From contig JAYWIR010000033.1 of the NCBI GenBank assembly GCA_036172245.1, positions 1,736,001-1,800,000 on the forward strand: a stretch of 64,000 nucleotides of DNA. Direction: 5' to 3'. Source of the DNA: Raillietiella orientalis (Eukaryota). Both the position numbers and the translations under genes were made by a program. A model generated the notes under the pieces. The model was not told the origin of the DNA. It searched no databases and was given only the letters and a program-made list of their open reading frames with translations. Shown piece after piece: positions 1 through 13,287 of this stretch (its first letter is position 1; each line of letters starts with the position of its first letter).

Positions 1-519
1 TAAAAATAACATGGAACCAAGCAAACCACAAGGGACTCTTTTCGAGAAGACCCTGCCGCGGATGGACAAAGGCAGTCGTTACAGAGATTGAAGGAAGAAG
101 GCCTTCCCTTCTTTGCGCTCCCCGAGCGCACGGAAGAATCGTCGGTTGCTCACCAGTCCATCCTCACGAGGACTTCGGATTCGAGGGTATCCCAGCCCGT
201 CTGGAAACGGGAACGTGGGAAACGCTCGTCTCAGGGCGCAGCGGGCTCTTGGGTGACAACGGCAGCTACGCCCCACGTCTGGCAAGGAACACCCTTGCGT
301 TTCCCGAAGCAGACATCTCTGCGACAACACGAGAGATCGGAATTTCGTCTCTCTCTCTCATTTTCTTCTCTTTTCCCGAAAATCTTCTCGGAAGCAATGA
401 TAGTAATCCGGAGCGATGCTTTTGGAAATGAGAACCGACGAAAGATAATAATTTAAGATAATCACTAGCAGGAAGACAGACAACCAGCAGCAGAAAGAGA
501 GAGAGAGAAAAAAAAGACG

Positions 520-543
520 CACACACACACACACACACACACA
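520..543. repeat. (CA)n microsatellite
   Basis: Directly visible run of about 12 CA units, preceded by a (GA)n/A-rich tract. Confidence 0.95.
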
Positions 544-799
544 GAACGAAACTCTCAGAAGCAAATGCAGGAAACACGGAAACCTCTCGCGCTCTTGATT
601 AAAGATCGCAGCGAGAACTGATCATGGAGAAGCTATCATCTGGATCACGAACATCAAAAAAACGTGGTCCCAGGGCAGCAGATACGTTGACAACTATCCA
701 GAATAAATAAAAGCTAAACTGATTGCATCCCAGGTTTGAGAAATGCCATCTCGGAAATGGAAAAAAAAAAAAAAAAAAAAGATTGTTTGTCTCTGTGCG

Positions 800-1420
800 T
801 GCTTTCCTTTAACGGATCCGTGCTGACCTCGTGGTGGCAAGAGGAGAGGCCGTGCAGCAAGAAAACAAAAAGGGGAACGAAAAATCCCCCGAAAGACGAT
901 TCAGTCGCCAAAAAAGAAAAAGGAAAAGAAAAAAAAAAAAAAAAAAGAAAGAAAAAGAAAAGGAAAAAAAAAAGGAAGGAGCAATCAATTAAAGAGGGAA
1001 CGAGCTCATTTCGGATTGCCTTCTTGGGAAGGGAATTCATCGCGGAACCGCGGCTGCCTGGTAGCTGCCTCCAGCCTGCATGAGTATGCCTTCCCTTTGT
1101 AGGGAACTGGCACGCCGTTGATTTGCAGGACTCGCTCCGGTGAAAACAGTGATCTCGGGACTCCCTTTGTAGCACACATACCGCGGCAGAAAAGTATGCT
1201 GTTTGTCTGCGGTGGACTCTCGGAGTAGCAGCAGGGTGACCAGAGCGCGGCCGAAAGACAAGAAGCCATCGAGCTGTTTTATGCGCGGCCGAGTTTGCCT
1301 TCGGACTCGTCTTTGTGGAAGCAGTAAAAAGCACTGCTTAATCCCGCTTTGGGAATTCGGTGGGAGCTCTTGTGGCCAAGCAGTCAATCCCTGCCGGATC
1401 TGGAATGCAAACCCCACCCA
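800..1420 (-). mobile_element. Decayed 3' fragment of an L1/Tx1-like non-LTR retrotransposon
   Basis: The minus frame has a zf-RVT-like knuckle remnant (AVCVLQRESRDHCFHRSESC), then MNSLPKKAIRNELVP, resembling the W-x-HLP-x3-EI end of the other copies. A long pyrimidine-rich 3' UTR follows (A-rich on +, about 860-980). Confidence 0.4.
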
Positions 1421-1675
1421 TCTTGCCCCATCTCGTCCTCGTCGTCTGGGACCTTTTTTTTCCCAGGGGACCTCCTGAATTCATTCCTGCCTTAAGGTCT
1501 CCTTCACTTCTTGCACATCCTGCGTTTGATTCGGAGGATTCGTTCCTTCCATATCCTCACGTGACCATCCTGGACTGCATCCCCATTCAGTTTTTTTTTT
1601 TTTTTTCATCAGCATCGGACCGATGAGATATAAGATGATGCGATGTCTCTCATCTATGGTTGTCAACCGGTTCCC

Positions 1676-2112
1676 TTATGATCCGGACAGCATCTCCAGC
1701 TTCTGTCTCTTCACAGTTCTACCGCATCAGAACAAGTAGAAACGAATGGAAAATCCGTCAGCGGAAATAGGCAACGAGAAAAACCATTTCATGCTTGATA
1801 AGGAATATTACAATGGAAAGAACAAAATAAAATAAAGTGAACAGCACCTATTTAAATCAAGATTTGTTGCTGACAAACTCAAAGAATGGCTGTAAACAGC
1901 AAGATAAATCTAAATATTATGCATGAAGGCAGCCTCACACAGACACGGATACCTCCATTGCTTTTCGAAATATTTTAGCAGAGTAGAATTAACTCTTTCC
2001 CACAAATCTTCATAGATGTGTTCGTAGGCACACAGAGAGAGGCCCATCGACGTCCCGTCAGATTTTCGGTCGAATGAACTCTTCCTGTCCGAAGGAGCAG
2101 TCCTCTTGCCCG
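1676..2112 (-). CDS. Candidate last three exons of an unidentified gene: 2112-1953, 1889-1848, 1718-1676
   Basis: GT-AG introns of 63 and 129 nt with matching phases give one open frame, ...SMGLSLCAYEHIYEDLWERVNSTLLKYFEKQWSHSLSLSATNLDLNRTVKRQKLEMLSGS-stop. The upstream acceptor is weak and no domain is recognised. Confidence 0.4.
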
Positions 2113-2739
2113 CTGCTCAAGGGACGCGTTTCAAGAGGGATCAACGGAGATGTCCAGGCTGAAACGGCAGTCCCGACTGCGCATGCGCCAGTCGATTACG
2201 GGATGAACCGAATTTCGGTTGACGTCCGGCTTTCCTCAAGAAATTCGCCCTGAAACGAAACGAGGCTTCCTCGTATTCCAAGGAACGCACCGACCGTGGC
2301 TTTCATCAGGGCGATGTGTCAATGAAGGCCTTCGGGCCAAGGTTTTCGAGCACTGTATACGAAGTGAGGGTTACTGTACAACTTTCAGGATCAGCTTTAA
2401 AATAGTAAGGAAGGTTTCGTTGAGCCAGGAGGCAAAAATCGAGAAAAGGAATCGGAACATTTGGATTTACATTTTTAGGAACCGTTTGAGGCCCCCGAGA
2501 CAGATGAGGACTCGAGTATCCTCATTGGGACATCTATTTCCTCTGATGAAGATCTACTGTTTCCAGGACACATTCCGCAGAGTGTACTCACTATGCCCAT
2601 GCTCCAAACTTCCAAGAATCCTCTTTCAAAGGGTAGCCAATTACGTATCACTGCTTCTGTCTATTTCTGTCTTTCCCTCTAGAAGCTCTGCAGAGAATGT
2701 TTGCCGCAAATTGATGAGGGGGCGCGGGTTTGCAGGTTA

Positions 2740-3100
2740 GAGACCAGAGAAGACCAATACTCGACTTCCGGGAAAAGAAGGGCGCTTCCTCCCGCATTCG
2801 GGAGATCAGGAAGGTTCCTCGAGTCCGACGCACCGAGCAGGACGGGGAGCTGCTGAAAAGACGCGAAGGAGTTGTAAGATCGTCCTTGTTGTGGTAGGTC
2901 CACTGGTATAGTGAACGTGTTGGCAGGACTGCATACAGCAATGGAAACACTGGCATGTAAAGGCAAGTACTGCAAACAACGACCCGGTCTCAGTTTCTTA
3001 GTCGACCGAAGTCCAAGCACGTCCTTGTTATGCCTCTCTTTCATAGAAAAAGCCCAGGTAGCGTGGGTCATGCCCCCATGCCCTGAATGCTTTGGTTCGT
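2740..3100 (-). mobile_element. Decayed L1/Tx1-like reverse-transcriptase C-terminal fragment
   Basis: Frameshifted minus-strand motifs RYLGFF (KYLG-like) and VFPLLYAVLP...VRRTRGTFLISRMREE resemble the RT thumb region. Confidence 0.35.
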
Positions 3101-6100
3101 CGGGTCGCCTCTTGCTTGCCGGACAGAGAGAGCATGCGCGGTTCGCCGGCCGCCGCCTCGTGCACGCGAGCAGGCTGGCCTCCGCGTGCCGGCGGCTCCC
3201 AAAAGGGAAGGCGCGTGCGGGACATGCGCGTGGCGCGGGACCCACCCACGCTCGCTGGCGCGCGCGGCACGCTGGCCACATCGTCAAGAGGCGAGGCGAA
3301 CCGGCTGAGCCCGAATCCAAGAGGAGATGCAGGAGTAACCCGGGCAACGAACCTGTCCTGGGAGTCGGCTCGGAACTCCTGTCTGGAGCCGGCGTCCGGG
3401 GAGGGGATGCGCCTGCAAGAGAAGGCGGTCAGGGCAGGGGCGGTAAAAGACTAAGCAAGGGGAAGGTTCTCTATTTCGCCGCTAGAGGGGAAGCGTCGAT
3501 GGCCTTCAGTGCGACCTCACCTCCGTCCCGACCGAAACCTCCGCAAGATCGGCACACAGCTTTCGAGAGAAAAAAACCCCGAGGAAAGAGAACGCGAGCA
3601 CAGCCACCGGTATGGAGATCAGCAGCGAGCTTTCTCTCGTACAGCGACCACATGAGACGCGTCCCGATATGCGTCATAGCCAAGACACATAATGGATGTA
3701 TATAATGAATGCTTTGGTCATCAGCCAGATGAGGCAGTTACACGAACGGTCAGAACACTGATCGAAAGCGGTAGGTCATCTAGCTCGTCCGATCCTCTCA
3801 TCGAAAGATGTCCCCAGGGGAGCCTCACGTGTAGTTTTCAGTTTAGTTTAGAATTACGCCGAATGAGGGATACAGTGTGGGGATGGAGGTGGAGGATTTT
3901 CCAGCCCTCCCACACCCCAAAGATTTCAGGAACCACGTACAAAGACATAGCCGCGGTCCGGTAGCACCGGTTCGCGAAGCTGCAATGGCAGCGAGCCTTT
4001 CCTGGAAATTGCCGGACCTTTCTTTCCTTGGATGTGTCTTCTCATCTGAGCTGGTAGTCCCATGGACAAACTCGAATGCCTCCAGTAAACCACGATACCA
4101 AACTTTGCTGAACGGAAGTGGAAAGTTACCACAACAACCTTCGATTTTTTTTAATCAGTTGAACTGCAAGCATCCCACGAGATCACACCGTGTTTCTTTT
4201 TTTTACTTCGTAGTCATGGCAAAAGAATTCTTCACTCCACAGCATTAGCCAGCCATCTCTGTTCAGATCAAAAAAAAAAAGCGGGATCATCTGTCGAAGT
4301 GTCAAGGGGACTGATTCCCTAAACCCGCTTCTCTTTCGGATGAAGCCTAAGAACCTCGAGGTCTACCGTCGATATTGCGGACCTACTCCATGTAACCAGC
4401 GAAAATTCTCTATTAAAGGCAGTCCCTGGCTGACTGCTTGCTCGATTGCAATGCAAGCAAAGTGCACGAGAGAGGAAACGAAAATGCTTCTGTGGAAAAT
4501 CTCCACGCCCCGGCAATTCCACCTCTTGCTGCGAGGAGACGTTTCACTTCAAACGCGATGCCACAGCGTCCAAAGATCGGAAGTGCTGATCCGTCGGTTT
4601 CGCACCCTCCGTTTCTTGCTGCCAGTGTTCAGAATGGTCGGACGAAGAAAGGGAACCTTCCTTTTATGAGTTAGCCAATGTGGAGAACCCGAGAGAAGTT
4701 TGTCCAACGTCAACATCTCCGTGAAGCGAACGCGATGTCTTTCATTAACCCTCGATTCTCATTAAGCATTTTCTCGCCTGCTTCAAACAGCACATCTTTC
4801 AGGTTAATCGGATTTATTTTTTGATTAAATTCTGGAGGAATGATGAAACTACATTAAAAAAGGAAAACTAATGTTGAAACTACATTAGACTGCTTGATCA
4901 GTTATTCAATTTGCAGCAGCTGTGTGCAAATATAGGAAGGAATTAGGTAGGTGTCAGTGATTTTACCGGTTTAGAAGACGTTCACTACGAAAACCTCGCA
5001 TTCGCTCTGGAGTCCTCCTTTAGAACACAGTCTCCTTGTCATTCTTTGCTCGACTAAATGTGGCCATTTTTCTCCCTTTACTCCAAGCGCGTCTTTTTTC
5101 CCCTTTTCTTCTCGTTGTTGTTATGGCAACCTGCGGAAAAATCCTAGCCTCGTTATTTGAGCAAAACCTGCATTTACCATCCGTGTTTGATACAGATTCT
5201 CTGTACCACTCTATGGTGATTATAGTTCTCTCACAATACGCTTCTTTTTCAAAACACGTCGAAACTGCGTGGTACCCCTGTGCTGTCCAGAAGCGGCAAC
5301 AATTGAAAGTGCGATCTAAATATATCATATTCAGATCGCAGGTTTCATTGTTGTTCGATTGTTGCGTCTCAATTTTCATTGTTTGACGCAGAAAACGCGC
5401 TGAGGGTGGCAACGGCATTCATCAATTTACATTTTCCGGTATGAGAAATTCGCACGAATGAACTCGAATTTGTTTTCATGTTTCCTCTTCACCCGTATGG
5501 GAAAAAATAAATGGATACTCGGAATTCTTTCATCCTTTCCTCGAACATAATTCATCGTGCGAAGGGAAGAATGAAGCCAATTGCTTCATTGCTGTTAATT
5601 AACCGGCTGGACGTAATGCACAATTATGAATAATGTGCCATAATCGCTACATCTCTGATTCAAATAATGACTTGTCTCCCTCATCTGCTTCGTAGCTCCT
5701 TATCTGTCGAAACAATAAAATGATGTATACGGTCTGAGGTCAGACAGCAAGAAAACATAATTTGGTCTCCGGCACGATTGAAGTACAAGCACGTCTATCT
5801 AGCGCTCCTTCATTTTCAAGGACATCATTCTTAGACGCGAATTTGGGAGCAGACAAACGCTTAATAAGCTAAGACGAATCGAAATCTCAGTGGAAGAGTG
5901 AAGAAGTCGTTCGGCAAGGAAACGCACGCTGGAAATTCAGTTTTCTAAAATCGTCGCGCAATACCGACACATGAAGGAAAATCTCCATCTGTGCCGTTGA
6001 ATGAATTTGCTCCTAATCGTTAGGGAGACCATGCTTCAACCGTTTCCTTTCAGATATCACCCAATTTCTGTTTATGATGGCGATCGACTATGAGCTTGTG

Positions 6101-9049
6101 GAATTTCGTTCTTTTCTTGCAGTTTGCTCCCCCCCCCCCACACAAAAAACAAAAAAAAAAAACAAAAAAATTCTCATCTCAAAGCCTTTCTTTTTTTCAA
6201 TGAGGTCCTGCTCTCCTCAAAGGTCTGCAATGTTTACGACGATCAACAACTGAAATTCTTCATTCGCCCAGAACCTATTCCCTCCGCACTTTACTCGGGT
6301 ACCTTCCGAGATGGGAAAGCGGACGATGTTTTTTTTAGAGTTCCTAAAGTGTTCCGTAGGGTTGGAGGAATTTCCCAAAGTCGAAACTTGTTGATCGTCA
6401 GGCATAGCTTCAGAAACGCCCACGTATCTCGGCAGGCCGCTCTGGAATTCCAAAGAAGTAAACACACACACAGACACTATCGTGCCAAACTAAAAGGGGT
6501 GGTGTCTCCGAATGCTCCAGCACGTCTTGATTTCAGTGATGCAAGTCCGAAACTAGGAAGAAAATGTCCTGATACCAGCCTCCTGTGCGCTCGTAGGAGA
6601 CATCTGAATGCTTCTCGGCATGAGAAATTCGGGAAACGAGTCTTCGATGACTTCCGAATGATGATGTCTGTTTTTAAAAAAAAAACTCAACCAATGTCAA
6701 GGCCATTAAAAATGGCAAGGAAGAAGAAACTGCATCCGGCGTGGAAAGCAGTTCGAAAGCGAGGACTTAAATGAAAACGGTTTCTGATGGATAGACTCAG
6801 ATCACTGCGGCTACTACTTTTGCAGAGACAGCCTCCATAATCAGTGGTCATGGTAGCCATTAATAATGCGCAGCACTGATAGCACCGGAAACCATAGACT
6901 TCTGTTTCCATAGCTCTTTAATCGGTTGATCTCAGGAAATAAGCCATAGGTGGTTATTTAAATGGCTGGCCTTGGCGAAGCTGACATTCTCGCATGGAGG
7001 TGGTGATGAAATGCTAGGCTGTGATTGCAGCTAACGATTTTCATCTTCCACTTCCTTGGCTTATATATATTACTTTTTTTTTTTTTCCACTTCTTTCTTC
7101 TTTGTCATTCGGATGCTTTCTGTTTGAGGCTGTCTGGCAGTCACCTCGTTGACAGAAGATGAAAATTTTCCCATCAACCTGGCAACTCAAAGGAACGGAA
7201 AGTTTTCATACTCTTCTTTGCATTTGGTTGTTTACAATCGTGCTAAACGGGTGAAGGTGGGGGTGTTAACAAATGAAAGTGGATGATGCTCCCTTTTACG
7301 ATGTCCGACTGCCTCTTAAAGATCCTCAGTTACCCCATCACTCCGTTCTTCGCCTCATCTTCAGATCCCGGTGGTCCTACGAGGAAGGACAGTTCTTGCG
7401 GTTGAGGTGTTTTCCTTTGAACGAAAAATGGAGGGCGAGTTTTCGATGATCCTCTCTCTTCCTCGTGGTCTTGCCCCTTCTGAAGTCGTTCGCGAATACT
7501 CAGGTTACCTCTTCCTCCCCTGGTGCATCGGATCTGACTCCAGCTTCTCGTTCGCTCTGGAGCAGACAGATCGGAGACCGTCAACTCCCACGTTTGAGGA
7601 TACGGCTACGGGTTCGTTGCGCGTTTCAGCAGCCACGGTCTCGTTGGCTCTGATGTTCGGGACTGTGGCCTAGGAATTCCTCCCACACCGGACGTATTCT
7701 GCACGTGGGACTCATCTCTGGTTCTCGATTTCCCTACAGACAGAATGAGTTCATATAGTTAATAGGAACTTTCCATTGAACGGAAAATGTCCTGAAGCGA
7801 TGATGCCGTCCAGCTCAACACATGGTCTAGCTTTGATCTCAAAGGTCTTCAGCTGTAATTTACCGCTTTGCCTTTTCAATGGTCGTTAACTCAGGATGGT
7901 GATCCTAATTGCAATCCTCTCAACCACTAATTCCCAGGGGGAAAATCTCCCGCTCTCCAGTGTTTTATGGTGCGAACCCCCTCAAACTCTGTCCAGTGGT
8001 CTTCCACGAGATCATGGAAGCATACAAAGGAGCGAAAACCATCATTTGTATGTTGCTCTCTTTGTGACTGTCCGTGATGGTGTTGGGTAACTACCGGTTT
8101 GCGCACCATCAGGCAGGCAGCGGGAATCGAAGCTCCGCTCGAGAGAGATCCGCCGCATGCCCAATAAACAACCTGGCGTTCGGAGTCTCTCAAAGTTCGA
8201 AGAAGTCCCTGCAGCCTTCTGCAATTCGAAAAGCGGTTGCAGGGAGAGAGCGCTTGCGTTCCGGCGTAGTACGGAGCCACTCTTCGCTCTCCATGACGAC
8301 CGCCATCAGAGAAGATCGAAAGGAGAGAGTCTTTGCGCGAAGAATTCCATTGGCTCTGGCGGGCACACTCAAAAGCCAGGTTGAGCAGGAGGCTGGAGCA
8401 CTTCGACTGATGAACTCCCGTTCCTGACGATGGGATGAGTTCGCCCGCGAGCCTTCCTGCGCGCGGGAGCGAACGTCTCCGGGCTGAACGGATGGCTTGC
8501 AAACTTTTCCCGGGGAGAGAAAAGGAAACATTCGTCCGGGAGAGCAAGCGGCACCGCTGGATCAGGCATCAGGGAAGAGTCAGGAAGAAGGACTGGCCCG
8601 ACGGCTGGGCCCGGCATGGCCACGTGCGTGAGAAAGGAAACCGGGGGGAGCGTTTCCAGGTGGAGCCAGCAATGATAGGCGCGATCGCTGGCAACTCGAA
8701 GACGATCCGGCACAGTGCGATGGGAAGCCGAGAGTCAGCGCGCGCGGCCGAAGTCGTGACGCCTCTCGGAGACGGACCAGCACGAGAAGCGAGCCATCGA
8801 CCGAGGAGCGCCGCGCGAGAAGATTGTGGCCAGCCTGGCCAATGGAAGATCAAAAGATCGCAGAAGCGCATTGAGAGAGGCGGCGTGCTTTTCGGATCCG
8901 CAGGGGCACCTGCGGCAGCTTCCGCGAGCTCTCTCGGTGGACTTTTCGTAGGGCCTCATGAGTTCGATCCGATGCCTCGGAGTGGAGCGAGAGCCGAGGA
9001 GATGAGCGAGTAGGAGGAGGCGACACGACTCTCGGCCGCGACCGGACTG

Positions 9050-10050
9050 GGAAGCCACCGGTACGGCGGTCCGCGGGACGATTCTTCTATGGTTCGAGGG
9101 AATGCTCTTCGGCGAAGGAATGCTCGAATTCCGGGACGTCAGAGGGGATGAGAAGTGTGTCCAGCAGCAGAGACCCGCTTGGAATGCCACGGTGCAAGAT
9201 GATTCTAGGAATTTCGGGGAAGAGTCACGGGAGGGAGATTTTTCGGAGCGGTTCACCAGCGAACGGCGGCTCAAAGCCGTGCGCAATCGCCAGGGACGGC
9301 TCCCGGACGGGAGCTTGCGTACCGATAGGAGGGGTAGGAATAGGAGTGACTTGCTACAAGCACGGGGCAGAGGATGTACCAGAGGACATCGAAGAGCAGC
9401 AAGTTCGAGGGCGTAAAGAAGGATTCAAACAGACAGTGGTGGGGAAGAGCGAGAGAGACCAATGAGGAGGGCGAACGGGCGGAAGAGTTGCGCGCGCCGA
9501 AACGTACGAAGTGCAAGACGGACGTTGGACACACTTCGGTCCCACCGGCAAATAGGCGAGCGTCGCGGAAACGGCGGTCCGAACCGGCGCACTCGCGTGC
9601 AGCTCGCGAGCAGGATGCGCGCACATGCACGCGAGCATCCATGTACACGTGGATGATACGAGCATTCCACGTGGTTCAGGAGCGTGAGGAAAGCGCGGCG
9701 CGGGATGGAGAGGCTGTTCCACGGCGGAGATCCACACCGAGTCTTCGAGCAGTCTCCGCTTCCGGGAGAATTGCGGTTCCTCCAATGGGTGATCCCCGGG
9801 TCCGCAGGCGGACCCAGCCTTGACGACTCTCCATCAGAGCCACCTTGGAGGGAACCCAAAGCAAAAGGGGAGGGGAGGAGGGCACGTTTTCCCGTCTTTT
9901 GCGTTTCAATCTTCGCGAAGACGGGTTGGCCTCCCAGGAAGAAGGCCATTCCGGCGGAACTTCAGGATAGAAATCCAGGAGATGAGGAAGCCGCACTCCG
10001 GCGAGTTCTCAACGCCACGAAGAGAAGAGCGCCAAAAACGAGCGCGTCAT
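9050..10050 (+). mobile_element. Decayed LINE ORF1 (gag-like) remnant
   Basis: GVTCYKHGAE followed, after a frameshift, by RGHRRAA (about 9345-9400) is a degenerate CxxCx4Hx4C zinc knuckle. It is followed by a low-complexity basic/acidic tail typical of L1/Tx1 ORF1. Confidence 0.4.
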
Positions 10051-10619
10051 CAAAGTGACCGGGAAGGCTCATGACGAGCGCAAGAACTGAAGAGGAGTGG
10101 GAGGAGGTGGAATGGGAGCGAAGCCTCCTTTCGCCGCAGGAGACCCCCGAGATCATCGCCACTGCTCCCTAATCACCGTAGACAAAAATATGCATCAGCG
10201 TGTCTTCCTGCAAGAAGTGCGCGGCAGAGGGGCGAGCGAGCGCGCCTCCGTGTTCGGGGAGGCGCGCGTTTGGGGGTCTTCTGCGCGCCTCGTTCGCTCC
10301 GGAAGAGGCAGGTGCGGCTCCGCACGCACGCGCGAGGGCGAGCGAACCGGGTTGCGTTCTTCTCGAGATCGTCCATGCTGCGGGGAAGTTTGCAGAACGC
10401 TTGTGCGCGCTCGTGATTGGGCGCAGCGCCGTTCTCCGAAGCGGCGGGCAGATCCGCCGGGTGGAATCGGATGTCCCCGTGGACCCTCGCCCTCCCCCTC
10501 TCCCCGTTTCCGAGCTGACTGTCATTTTGCGGCCGTCCTCCTCTTCCTCTTCCTCCTTTTTTCTTCTTCCTTCTCCTCCTCCTCCCTTCCACCTACTGCT
10601 CTTCAGCCTTCGCCTTTTC

Positions 10620-11660
10620 CTCCGGCTGGTGGCGGCAGCGAGTGGTAAGAGAAACGTCCGACACTTCGAAGCAGACCGCTCGGACGCCACATCTCGCCGG
10701 ACACCTTCCTCCTGAGTTGGAGCTGCGAGAGGCCCGCCCTTGCAGCCCCACGAGGGGCAGGAGACCACGCCTCCGCTCCCGGGAGACGTGCGCTGCACAT
10801 CTCACTGCGCGTTCCCGGCTCCGGAAGCGCCACGAGTGCGAAGAGTAGCCGGCGACCAAGATCTCTCGCCGCTTCGCCGTCTCCAGGCAACTCTGGTCCC
10901 GGAGACGCCGCCATCGTGGATTGCTTGCTGGAGGTGGGGGGTGGAGGATGGGGACCCGAAACCAAGGCTTTCCCGAGAGCCGCTCGACGATGTGAAGAGG
11001 ACGTCTCCCGAGGTCGGAGGGTCGAACGGATGCGGTCGCCGGTCACGCGCTAATGTGCCCGCGGCGCTCTGAGTTCTCGGCGGGACGCGGACGCCCCCCT
11101 GCCGCGGGCTCGCGGATCGTGGGGGCTTCCGCGGCTCCTCTTCTGACCCCCTCCGGTAGACTGGAAAGAGGGAACCCCGCCGTCTCCTCCGGAGAGGGAA
11201 GAAAGGGAAGTCTCGCCGCTTCCTCCTCCCTTCCTTCCCCCCGCGCCACCCGGAGGGGAGAGAGTCCATTTGCACGCCGCGGACCGGCGCTGGCCGGCGG
11301 CGATCCCCTCGTCATCTTCCCTCTCCTCCCCCGAGAGAGGCGCTCGCGACCCCCCCGCGGCGCGGCGTCCTGCAAGCCTTGAGCCGGCTGCGCGAAGACC
11401 GGCCGCCCTGGGCGCTCCGAGGGAGGAGCGGCGGCGGCGCCGGGACTGACGGCCGGAGCTTCCGAACGCGGAACGCCGCCCACGAAGCGGCCGGGGGGAC
11501 GCCGCGGCAAAGCGGAGGCCTCCCTCCGCTCTCGATGGAGCGTGGGGGGAGAGCGGCCGACCCCTGGCTGAGATCTGAACTTCGGGCAAGCTCCACCCGC
11601 CCGCGGACGCCGTCCGGGGAACCCCGTAGAGGCGGCTCTCCCTCCCCGGCGGACACGCTC
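10620..11660 (-). mobile_element. Very GC-rich decayed LINE ORF2 C-terminal remnant
   Basis: Minus-frame AALPPRSIESGG resembles the LP..EGGL motif, with a faint knuckle-like remnant near 10800-10850. Heavily degenerate. Confidence 0.25.
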
Positions 11661-11699
11661 GGCTAGACTCCCCTCTTACCCGTGGGGAAAAGGCCCTCG

Positions 11700-12860
11700 C
11701 TCGTGGTGCCTCGGAGACCCCCAAAATCCCGGGACTTTGGGGGGAGGGGAATCCAAGCTGCCCATCCCGGGAGCTCTGGGATGATAAATAGATAAATAAA
11801 TAAAAACAATGCAACGGGCGTGGCATCGGGTATTTTCCAGACCGGAGAGCGTGACCTCGGTGAAGAGGCAGCTAAAGATGGAGAGGAGCGAAGGGCCGGA
11901 GAATAAATAAGCAGACGAACAAATAAGGAAGAGACGGACTGCCCTCGTGGAGACCAGCACGGGACTCACGAAACTGCGTCGGGAAGAGTCGGGAGCAGGT
12001 TTCCCCCGTCAGCGGCCAGGACACTGGGTAGGTCCTGAAGAAGGTGCCCCCTTGCGCCACCCCAGGCCACTTTCCAATCTGGATCTCTCCCGCGGTCTCG
12101 CGTGGAGGAGGCGGAGAGTAGGTTCTGCGAGCGCTCCAGGTAGAGCGTAGTCCTCTGGGTCCCCGGCTGTTGCGCGAGGCTCGATTCCCGACCCATAGGT
12201 AACGCACCCTTCCCCGTCCTCGTCTGGTCCAGATAAAAGAGCCAAGAGGGCCGGCGAGCTCCTTGACCTGGAAGGCGGCGGCAGAAGAAGGGGTCGTCCC
12301 GTAGAGGCGAGCGTTCTTCCGCTTGCCGCCTCGCACCTGATACACGTAAGGAAAGACGAGTCCTTCTATCCTCGGTGGCATGGTAACCTGCTGCCGAGGT
12401 GTCTTGGTCTGCGCACGGTGTGCATCACGTGGGCGGCGGGGGGCGGCACGGAATCGCCGAGGGCTGCACCGTTTTGCCCCTTCATCCCGGAGAGATTGTT
12501 TCCTGGAGATCCGTTACCTACCGGGAATCTTCCCTGCTTCTTTATGCTTCTTCGTGAGACGTTTTCGTGCTGCTGGGCGCCTACGCGAAGCAGAAGAAGG
12601 TCTATGAGCCACACGGTCTCTCTTTCCCGGACAACTTTCTGTTCCTCCCAGCATCAGGACCCTCGCGAGAAGGTCCGATGATGGCCTCAAAAGCAGATAC
12701 AGGGCCGGATGCACTCCGATGAGGGACAAACAGGCGGGAGTGAAAGCCATCTCGGCTAGTGACAAGAAAAAGGGAGCGGAACCCACAAGGTGGAGCCACC
12801 AAAGAGCTGCGTAGCCCTTTCTGCGATCCCATCGATGGAGAATGCCTCCCTCCAGTCCCT
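11700..12860 (-). mobile_element. LINE 3' fragment, family 2 (copy F)
   Basis: Minus-frame LGSRLP...LTCIRCEAA knuckle (about 12310-12400), C-terminus VLAADGGNLLPTLPDAVS-stop at 11966, pyrimidine-rich 3' UTR, and terminal hairpins at 11763-11783 and 11718-11743. Confidence 0.5.
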
Positions 12861-12880
12861 TACCACCTTCTCTTCCTCCC

Positions 12881-13287
12881 GCCGCCTACATGAGGACGGC
12901 TGCAGGGTGGTCTCACCTGTAAGAGGAAGTCAAGGAGTTTCGCCGGTTCCGAAGTGAAGGAGCGGAGGACACCGACGACCCTTTTCCCTAGCGTATCTTT
13001 ATTTATTTTTTAGTGACCACTCCCTTTCGTACGGTACCTCTCCTGGCTTTTACATATTCGTTCCGGTGCATATGGAGAGACACCAAAAACCCATGGCCCA
13101 TTCCTCCCGTATTTATTTTTTTCTTTGCTGTTCCCTTTCCCTTCCGACCCGTTCCTAACTTGCGGATGTTCCCACTCGCGTTCGGTGGATCCTCCCCCAA
13201 ACTTCCTTTGTCTTCGGTTGGGAACCAGCGTGTTCCCAACCGGTTTATTTTTATAAACCAAGCGTCCCGGCGTGATAGGGTGGAAAA
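12881..13287 (+). mobile_element. 5'-truncated L1/Tx1-like LINE, family 1 copy A
   Basis: Peptide AAYMRTAAGWSHL*EEVKEFRRFRSEG; shared 3' UTR with a perfect 11-bp hairpin at 13215-13242; terminus GGGTGGAAAA. Candidate TSD 12865-12880 / 13288-13303 (13/16 identical, last 13 nt 12/13). Confidence 0.8.

Noticed and set aside
3850..4420. VPS9-like words (SPMDKLECL; IADLL) on the plus strand
   Set aside because: Short matches followed by stops, with no consistent exon chain.
8100..8420. Importin/HEAT-like words on the minus strand (IAEGCRDFF; LRDSERQV)
   Set aside because: The two motifs overlap in different frames and are too short to support a gene call.
8400..11830. Dense overlapping long ORFs of 150-260 aa
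   Set aside because: Arg/Gly/Pro/Ala-rich in all six frames, an artefact of very high GC in decayed retroelement DNA; no coherent protein.
11700..13287. Copies F and A (and G and H) as single bidirectional elements with a 3' UTR at each end
   Set aside because: Copy A has its own candidate TSD, and the partners differ between the two pairs, so independent adjacent insertions are more parsimonious.
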